This document shows positions 57,630 through 64,000 of a stretch of DNA of 64,000 nt, one piece after another (the stretch's first letter is position 1; each line of letters begins with the position of its first letter). This DNA is from Candidatus Limnocylindrales bacterium (GTDB lineage Bacteria; Chloroflexota; Limnocylindria; Limnocylindrales; CSP1-4). Made by a program: the position numbers and the translations under genes. The stretch covers positions 56,378 to 120,377 of the forward strand of contig JBEKKR010000008.1 of the NCBI GenBank assembly GCA_050010635.1, given 5' to 3'. A model generated the notes under the pieces. The model was given only the letters and a program-made list of their open reading frames with translations, was not told the origin of the DNA and made no database searches.

Positions 57630-58533
57630 CTTGGGGTACTGGAAGCCGCGGACCCTCGGCGGCCTGACTACCCCGGAGATCGCGCGGGCCTTCCTCGTCC
57701 CCGAAGCGACGCTTGCTCAGCGCCTGGTTCGGGCCAAACGCAAGATCCGCCAGGCCGGGATTCCCTACCGCGTGCCGCTCGGCGACGAGCTGCCCGAGCG
57801 GCTCGACAGCGTCCTGGCGACGATCTACCTGGTATTCAACGAGGGGTACCTGGCGACGACCGGCGAAGCGGCGGTCCGCCACGACCTGTGCTCCGAGGCC
57901 ATCCGGCTCGCCGAGCTGGTAGCCGAGCTACTGCCCGACCGGCCGGAGACGAATGGGCTGCTCGCCCTGCTCCTGCTCCAGGACTCCCGACGCGAGGCCC
58001 GCGTCGGCCCGGACGGCTCGATCGTGCTGCTCGAGGACCAGGATCGGTCGCTGTGGGACGGCGCGGAGATAGCCCGCGGCCTGGCGGCGCTGGATCGGGG
58101 CTTCGAGGCGGCAGCGCGGCTGTCCCACGCGTCCGTTGGCCGCTACCTGCTCCAGGCCTCCATTGCCGCCGAGCACGCCCGAACGATGAACGGACGGCCG
58201 ACCGACTGGCGGGCGATCGCCACGCTCTACGAGGCCCTGGCCAGGCTCGACCCGTCGCCGGTGGTCGAACTGAACCGCGCCGTCGCGGTCGCCCAGGGGG
58301 ATGGCCCCGCGGCGGGTCTCGAGCTGCTCGACGACCTGGCGGCTCGCGGCGAGCTGGCCGGCTATCACCTCCTGCCGGCCGCGCGGGCCGACCTGCTGCG
58401 CCGGCTCGGACGCCCCTCGGAGGCCGCCGACGAGTACGCGCGGGCCCTCTCCCTTTCGGACAACGACGCCGAACGCCGCTTCCTGCGGCGCCGCTTGGCA
58501 GAGACGTCGGCCGGGGGCACAATCGTTCGCTGA
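57592..58533 (+). pseudogene. 5'-truncated ECF sigma-70 family gene (region 4.2 plus long C-terminal extension only)
   Basis: GLTTPEIARAFLVPEATLAQRLVRAKRKIRQAG is sigma region 4.2; region 2 is absent in all frames; 5' end overlaps the 5' end of the FMO fragment. Confidence 0.5.
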
Positions 58534-58543
58534 AGGAGCGTTC

Positions 58544-58973
58544 GATGGGTTACTGGGCGACGAGTATTGCCCTGATCGCTTTCGGGACTCTGGGCCTGAT
58601 GACGATCGGCCTGCCGTTCCTGATGATCGGCGTCGCGATGCTGCTGCTGGGTCGCTTCCGCAACCGCTCCCTTGTGTACTGGCCGATCATGCTGGGGCTC
58701 ATTGCCGGCAACATCGCCTTCTGGCTGACCGTGCCCTTCTACTGCTCTGCGAGTTCGACGGTTGTCGGGGGTTCGTCGGCGGCGACGTGTTCGAGCCTCA
58801 TCGGCATCCCCTGGCCGGACGACGCGACGGGAATGAACGTTACCCCGGCCGCGTTCGGTATCGTGAGCAGCTTCGCCATCGTCGTGGGCATCGTGACCGC
58901 CGTCGTGGTGCTTTCCTGGTTGTGGATCGACCGCGAGCGGACCGCCGGCCGACGCCAGGCTCCCGGCGGCTGA
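58544..58973 (+). CDS. Hypothetical small membrane protein (142 aa)
   Basis: RBS AAGGAG; 4 TM segments. Confidence 0.5.
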
Positions 58974-59095
58974 CGGCGTTTCACAACGTCTTGTCGCACA
59001 GGTCACGACCGAGCAGTTTCGGAGAAGCCGCCGCCGCGGCGGCTCCCTAGCATGAGGGTCGTCCCATTAAGACTCGCGGAGGAGGAAACCTTGCA

Positions 59096-59572
59096 ATGAA
59101 GGACACGCAGAAGCCCGCCAGGAGCACCACCGCGATCGACAAGACGGTCGAGGGATTCACCGACGAGGAACGAGACGCGATGAAGGAGCGCGCCCGGGAG
59201 GTGAAGGCGGCGGCGCGCCGCGGCCCGCGCGCGGCCGAGGCGGACGGGGAAAGCGAAGTGCTCGCCAAGATCGCCGAGATGGCGGAACCGGATCGCGTCA
59301 TGGCCGAGCGGCTCCATGCGATCATCAAAGCCAACGCGCCGGCCCTCTCGCCGAGAACCTGGTACGGGATGCCCGCGTATGCCAGGGACGGCAATGTCGT
59401 CTGCTTCTTCCAAAGCGCGGACAAGTTCAAGGCGAGGTACGCGACGCTCGGCTTCAGCGACAAGGCGAACCTCGACGAAGGCGCCATGTGGCCGTCCGCC
59501 TTCGCGCTGACGAAGTTGACCGCCGCCGACGAGGCAAGGATCGGCGCGCTCGTGAAGAAAGCGGTGAGCTGA
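59096..59572 (+). CDS. DUF1801 (YdhG-like) domain protein
   Basis: C-terminal [38 protein letters not shown] matches DUF1801. Confidence 0.65.
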   Translation: MKDTQKPARSTTAIDKTVEGFTDEERDAMKERAREVKAAARRGPRAAEADGESEVLAKIAEMAEPDRVMAERLHAIIKANAPALSPRTWYGMPAYARDGNVVCFFQSADKFKARYATLGFSDKANLDEGAMWPSAFALTKLTAADEARIGALVKKAVS

Positions 59573-59825
59573 GGACTCCCCTGTGAGCCGGATCGGCGCA
59601 TGAATCCTGCCCGTCCACCGCTGCCTTAACCGTAATTGGATCAGGCCGCCATCGATGGCGTCACACGACTAGATGGCCCTTGGACCCAGGGCAGGCTGGC
59701 AGCGTATTGGTCGGCTGCCGCCCCCCGGTGGCCGGGTACGCTCAGCTCGGGCGGAGTCGCGCGAGCGCGTTTGTCCGCCCGAGCTCGAGCCGCGGTCACG
59801 TGGCCCCGCGAGCGGCGCCACATGC

Positions 59826-60164
59826 CTACATCAGGCCGACGACGTGGCCTTCCGGATCCGCGAAGAGCGCGATCGTCGTCTCGGGGGCGATCTTGGTGAG
59901 CGGCATGATGACCTTCCCGCCCGCCTTCTCGACCTTCTTGAGCGTGCCTTCGGGGTCGTCGGAATGGACGTAGAACGTCACGTGCCCGGCGCCGCCGTCC
60001 TGGCTCTTGCCGATGCCGGCGGTGAGCCCGCTGGCCTCGCGGTACATCCCGTAGCCGTCGGGGTTGTTCGTGTCGAGGCCCCAGCCGAACGCGTCGGCGT
60101 AGAACTTCTGGAGCTTCGCGCCGTCGCGGCCCACGACCTCGACGTGAATCACATGGGTTGCCAT
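59826..60164 (-). CDS. VOC-family (glyoxalase/bleomycin resistance-like) protein
   Basis: 112 aa; HVEVVGRD ... GAGHVTFYVHSDDPEG ... GGKVIMP; RBS GAGGAGAT. Confidence 0.75.
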   Translation of the reverse strand: MATHVIHVEVVGRDGAKLQKFYADAFGWGLDTNNPDGYGMYREASGLTAGIGKSQDGGAGHVTFYVHSDDPEGTLKKVEKAGGKVIMPLTKIAPETTIALFADPEGHVVGLM

Positions 60165-60340
60165 CTGTCGATCTCCTCGGTTGGATTGGGTTCGAACGAC
60201 TTCGTTGATCGGCCGTCCTGACCAACCGACGAGCCGGGCAGGGCCGGATCGACAGCCCGCCGAACTGGCCCGCCTGACGCGACGGAAGCCGGCGGTCCGG
60301 CCGGCTCGCCGCGTGGATAGGCGCGTCCGGCGGCCCCCCG

Positions 60341-61309
60341 CTAGTCGTCGCCGGCTTCGTCGAGGCGGAGCCGCGTCCACGAGGCGCCGATCAGCAGCAC
60401 CTGGAACGCGAGATGCAGCCAGGCCAGCGCCGCGAAGACGGCCGCGACGCCGCCGAAGACGGAAAGCGCGCCGGTCAGGATCGGCGCGATATAGACGAGC
60501 AGTTCAGTGAGGCCGGTCAGCGCGAGCCCCGCCACCAGGGTCGGCAGCCACAGGACCTGGAGCGGCACCGTTGTGTTTGGAACCACGCGGTACACGATGC
60601 CCACGGCGACGATCACCAGGAAGGCGGTCAGCAACGGGAAGGCGACATCCGCCAGGATCGCGGCCGCGGCCCCGATGGAGCTGCCCTCGAGGCGGCTCGT
60701 CACCGTGGCCTTGATCGCCGAAAGACCGATCCCGGACAGCAGCCCGCCGACCAGCAGAAAGACCGAAACGAAGCCGCGCAGGATGCGGTCGAAGGGCCCG
60801 CGCGCCGGCCTACGCGCGAAGACCCGGGCGATCGCAGCGTCCAGGGCCCCGTAGAAGTGGCTCGTGCCCCAGGCCAGGCCCGCCAGACCGATGATCGAAA
60901 ATGCCCCTCCGTGCGACGCCACGTTCCTCAGTCCGTCCCGCGCCACAGGCGCCAGCGCCGCGAGCTGGCCCGTGAGGAAGCCGACGAGCTCCTCGCGGCC
61001 GACCTCGTCCGGGACCAGGTAGCCCAACAGGCCGACGGCGAAGAGCAGCCCGGTCAGGCCGGCAAAGAGCGCGCTGTACGCCAGGCCCTCGGCCAGGAGA
61101 CTCCCGCCCGCTCTGTTGTAGATGTCGAGGATCGAACTCAGCCGGCGGACGGCCGGCAGCTGGCCGATCCGGTCGACGAGCCTGCCGATCGGGGCGAAAC
61201 GAGCGCCGGGCTCAGCCTTGTCGGCGGTGCCGGCGGCCAGGTCCGGCCGGGCAGCCGGGCGCTCATTTCGATCGGATGCAGTCGCGAGTTGCTCCGGTGG
61301 TTCGACCAT
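60341..61309 (-). CDS. YihY/BrkB-family membrane protein (second copy in window)
   Basis: Six TM; same family signature as 55521-56474. Confidence 0.8.
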   Translation of the reverse strand: MVEPPEQLATASDRNERPAARPDLAAGTADKAEPGARFAPIGRLVDRIGQLPAVRRLSSILDIYNRAGGSLLAEGLAYSALFAGLTGLLFAVGLLGYLVPDEVGREELVGFLTGQLAALAPVARDGLRNVASHGGAFSIIGLAGLAWGTSHFYGALDAAIARVFARRPARGPFDRILRGFVSVFLLVGGLLSGIGLSAIKATVTSRLEGSSIGAAAAILADVAFPLLTAFLVIVAVGIVYRVVPNTTVPLQVLWLPTLVAGLALTGLTELLVYIAPILTGALSVFGGVAAVFAALAWLHLAFQVLLIGASWTRLRLDEAGDD

Positions 61310-61395
61310 TCGACGAGTCTATCCGGCCACGGCGACTTCGCGGTCCCGCCTGGCGGCGTTCGAATCGATCCTGCCCTCGACGACCGACCGCCCGC

Positions 61396-61842
61396 CTAGA
61401 CGGCCTGCACCCAACGAGTGAACTCTCGCTCCGTCCGTGGGCCAACAGGGGCGGCTACCCCTCGCTTGAAGTGAGTGCCGCCGAAGATGTGGACGTACCC
61501 GCCGAAATCCGAGGGCAGGTAGAAGTCGCCGTACTTCAGCATGGCAACTCGCGCCCTGCCAAAGCGTCCGCAGAAGTACCCGAACTCGAAAAGGACGTTC
61601 AGGTTCGGCACCTGGACTTCCTTCCCTCTGACGGTCGAATCGGATTCCGGCGTGAAGATCATCAGGACGGCATCGACCTTGTCGCCGATCGCATCGAGGT
61701 CCTCGAGCAGTGTGCGCCCGGGATCGAAGGCGTCCCACCAGGGCAGGAATCTGAGGGTGGGCCCCGAGAACTTCTGGATCACCGCGCGGGCCTGCGATTT
61801 GGCCGCCGAAGAGGACCCGATGAACACCGTCGTTTGAGGCAC
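61396..61842 (-). CDS. Stand-alone TIR-like nucleotide-binding protein (COG4271/PF10137-type)
   Basis: VFIGSS N-terminal strand, central LMIFTPESDS, and PNLNVLFEFGYFCGRFGRARVAMLKYGDFYLPSDFGGYVHIF matching the TIR_like signature (RxNVxfElGyfxGxlGrxrv...LPSDlxGv); about 60% GC against about 70% background. Confidence 0.6.
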   Translation of the reverse strand: MPQTTVFIGSSSAAKSQARAVIQKFSGPTLRFLPWWDAFDPGRTLLEDLDAIGDKVDAVLMIFTPESDSTVRGKEVQVPNLNVLFEFGYFCGRFGRARVAMLKYGDFYLPSDFGGYVHIFGGTHFKRGVAAPVGPRTEREFTRWVQAV

Positions 61843-62171
61843 GAACCCGCCCTCCTTGTGTGCACTCGAGCAACCGGCTCCATGTTAGTTCTTGCCGGAG
61901 CGGCGGATGCCCATTGCCGGGCGGCGGACATTCGTACTCGATCTGATGTGTGTCTTGCGAGAGTAGATTGAGCCGGCGTGTTGGGGGGCCAACGTGGAAT
62001 TGATGCCGGTTAGGCGCTGGGGTTGGACCTAGACTCGCTTGCACTTTGCGAGCGCCGGTGGGGCGGGCAAGTGATGTATCGCGCCGCCGAGCTGCGATTC
62101 GTCGAGGGCTGGCGCCTTCACCCGGGGTCACTCGCACGGAACCCGAATGGGATGGATACTTCTTGAGATAG

Positions 62172-63098
62172 CTACGCAGGGGTCTGCGTAAGGGGAACCT
62201 CGTCGGCCGGACCAGTCCAGTCGTTCAGGTAGACATGTCTCAGGTGTCGGACTGGGATTGGAGGCATGACCTCGCTCGTCAACAGACCGTAGACGAGAGA
62301 CTCGGCCGGCCATCGCATCCCAGTCTGGTCGAAGCCGCCGAACGTTACCAATAGGGCGTCATTCCCCTCTCTGTCCTTATCCGCAATGGCGGATGTCAGA
62401 TGACGATACGCCTGCGGCCAGGTTGTCAGCGTTGTGTGGGCTAGCCCGAGGTCGAAGCCGTGGCGACTCGCAAACCGGGTTGTCATCGGGAATCCGCCTG
62501 GTGGGCCGGCCAAGAGCCTCATCCCACTCGGCGTAACAACCTCCGGAAGCCTTGGGAGCGGATTGGGCAATGGATCTCCTGGCTGGAGTTCGATCAGGTG
62601 TTCCAATGGACGCAATGCGCCAAGGGCTTCCACAATCTCGTCGGCTCCGCTCCTCAGGAAGTCGGGCGTGGATAGGTCTTCTGTCCAAATGAAGACTCGC
62701 CAGCCCGCCAGATCGGGGCGGTTGGCCAAAGACGCATCGAGCTTCCTTTTCACCAAAGCGAGTCGCGTCGCTGCCTCCCGGCGCTCCGGATCGGCGAACT
62801 GGGTCAGTTCGAGTCCGAGGCGTCCCTCTGAGCAAGTAACTTGAAGATCCGGAGGATCAGCGCCAGCGACAGCACCTGTGAATTCAGGCTGGCCGCGAGA
62901 CCTCTCGATGTGCTCTGCGAATCGGGCGAAGACGGTCAGGTCGATCGCGCTCCGGGGAAGGGCGCTGATCCCCCAGTCTTCTATCTCGGCCTCGTAGGCG
63001 ATGAGTAGCGCTGAAGCATCCGCCGTCCGACCCCGGAGCCCAAATGACGAAACCGCCCCGCTCTGCTCGCACGTGAATGTCAATGTGGTCACCGTCAT
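62172..63098 (-). CDS. Hypothetical protein (308 aa) in the lower-GC islet
   Basis: Continuous ORF at about 55-60% GC; start MTVTTLTFTCEQSG; no recognisable domain. Confidence 0.45.
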   Translation of the reverse strand: MTVTTLTFTCEQSGAVSSFGLRGRTADASALLIAYEAEIEDWGISALPRSAIDLTVFARFAEHIERSRGQPEFTGAVAGADPPDLQVTCSEGRLGLELTQFADPERREAATRLALVKRKLDASLANRPDLAGWRVFIWTEDLSTPDFLRSGADEIVEALGALRPLEHLIELQPGDPLPNPLPRLPEVVTPSGMRLLAGPPGGFPMTTRFASRHGFDLGLAHTTLTTWPQAYRHLTSAIADKDREGNDALLVTFGGFDQTGMRWPAESLVYGLLTSEVMPPIPVRHLRHVYLNDWTGPADEVPLTQTPA

Positions 63099-63318
63099 CT
63101 CACGGGCAATAGCAGGCAGAAGGAACAAGGGAACGGGCAGAGCCGGAAGTGGCGCACGGGGCCCAGCGGACGCTGCGGCCCCCTTTGTTAGCGCTTCGGT
63201 GGGCAGGCGACTGCGAGATCTCTCGTCTACCGTCCCCGCGGAGCCCTTGTAGGCTTGGTTTCTCTGTTTCCCTGAACGGCGATGCCTGCTATTCGGCACA
63301 ATTCGGCATCCTCACCTA

Positions 63319-64000
63319 CTAGGAACACCCGCTCGTGGAGCCGCAGTTCAGGCACTTGTAACAGGACCCGTTGCGGACCATGATCGAGCCGCATTCGGCG
63401 CAGCTGGGGGCGTCGGCCTGGGAGGTGAACGTCACCTGGGCCTTGCCGATGCCGAGGTTGCCCAACGTGACGCGGGCGGCGGAGCCGTTGCCGTTGCCGC
63501 CAGCGCGAGCTGGCGCGTTGCCGTTGCTGCTTATGGGAGTGGTCTCGGAGCGGGGAGCGGCGTCTTGCCCCTCTCTGGCGGGCGGCGGGGTAGCCGCCTG
63601 AGCCTCTGGAGCTGCAACCGCCGTAGGCGTGCCGGCTCCGCCGGCCTCGCCACTCAACGGTGAAGCCGGCCCCGCGGCGGGCAACGTGCCACTCCCTGAA
63701 TTCCCGGCGATTCCAGCCACGTTGGCTCCACCGAGGCCGAGGGTGAGCGGCTGGACCGAGGATTCAGCGGCAGCCGACCGGTCGACCAGACCGAGCGTGG
63801 CGCGGTCTTCCGGCGGGAGGAAGCGGGATCCCAGCCAGCGGAAGATGTAGTCCACGATCGACTTGGCGATCGGGATCTCCGGGTTGGTGGTGAAGCCCGA
63901 CGGCTCGAAGCGGACGTGGGCGAACTTGTGGACCAGGTCGTGGAGCGGCACGCCGTACTGGAGCGCGACGCTCACGGTGGTCGCGAAGGTGTCCATCAGG
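63319..64000 (-). CDS. nrdJ: Class II (B12-dependent) ribonucleotide reductase, C-terminal part (gene continues beyond window)
   Basis: C-terminus ...PSCAECGSIMVRNGSCYKCLNCGSTSGCS (Zn-ribbon typical of NrdJ) preceded by an Ala/Pro/Gly-rich linker and a conserved region. Confidence 0.7.
   Translation of the reverse strand, partial: LMDTFATTVSVALQYGVPLHDLVHKFAHVRFEPSGFTTNPEIPIAKSIVDYIFRWLGSRFLPPEDRATLGLVDRSAAAESSVQPLTLGLGGANVAGIAGNSGSGTLPAAGPASPLSGEAGGAGTPTAVAAPEAQAATPPPAREGQDAAPRSETTPISSNGNAPARAGGNGNGSAARVTLGNLGIGKAQVTFTSQADAPSCAECGSIMVRNGSCYKCLNCGSTSGCS

Noticed and set aside
60413-61399. 328-aa plus-strand ORF
   Set aside because: Antisense to the second YihY/BrkB membrane protein gene; charged low-complexity translation.
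1-64000. CRISPR arrays, rRNA/tRNA genes, transposases/integrases
   Set aside because: I found no regularly spaced direct repeats, no conserved rRNA or tRNA-like structure in the intergenic regions inspected, and no transposase/integrase-like ORF; the only repeats are short tandem coding repeats and one 880-bp tandem gene duplication.

Overview
High-GC (about 70%) chromosomal segment that looks actinobacterial-type (Actinobacteria or a similar high-GC lineage). It is densely coded on both strands with about 65 genes, mostly metabolic and housekeeping: L-lactate dehydrogenase, PPi-dependent phosphofructokinase, GTP cyclohydrolase I, MsrA and MsrB, a DEAD-box helicase, a cold-shock protein, sugar-related GH13/GT4/GT5/FGGY/HAD genes, an NRAMP transporter, an ArsB-like permease, and TetR/ArsR/HxlR regulators. 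I saw no rRNA, tRNA, CRISPR array or obvious transposase. Many long ORFs in the track are Arg/Gly/Pro-rich shadow frames lying antisense to real genes and were discarded. The items most worth follow-up are: (1) a translationally coupled three-gene module encoding a cNMP-binding protein, a fused HyhB/HyhG-like Fe-S/FAD diaphorase and a group-3b-like [NiFe]-hydrogenase small subunit, with no catalytic large subunit anywhere in the 64 kb; (2) a lower-GC islet near the 3' end carrying a stand-alone TIR-like (COG4271/PF10137-type) protein next to an unknown 308-aa protein, a candidate defence module; (3) an apparent deletion scar where a 5'-truncated FMO-like gene and a 5'-truncated ECF-sigma gene abut; (4) an about 880-bp tandem duplication carrying paralogous Pro-rich membrane proteins; (5) a GreA factor fused to a roughly 270-aa N-terminal domain of unknown function; (6) several perfect palindromic operator candidates and GC-rich terminator hairpins. 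A few coordinates derived by counting residues disagree with the ORF track by 1 nt; I could not resolve which is right.
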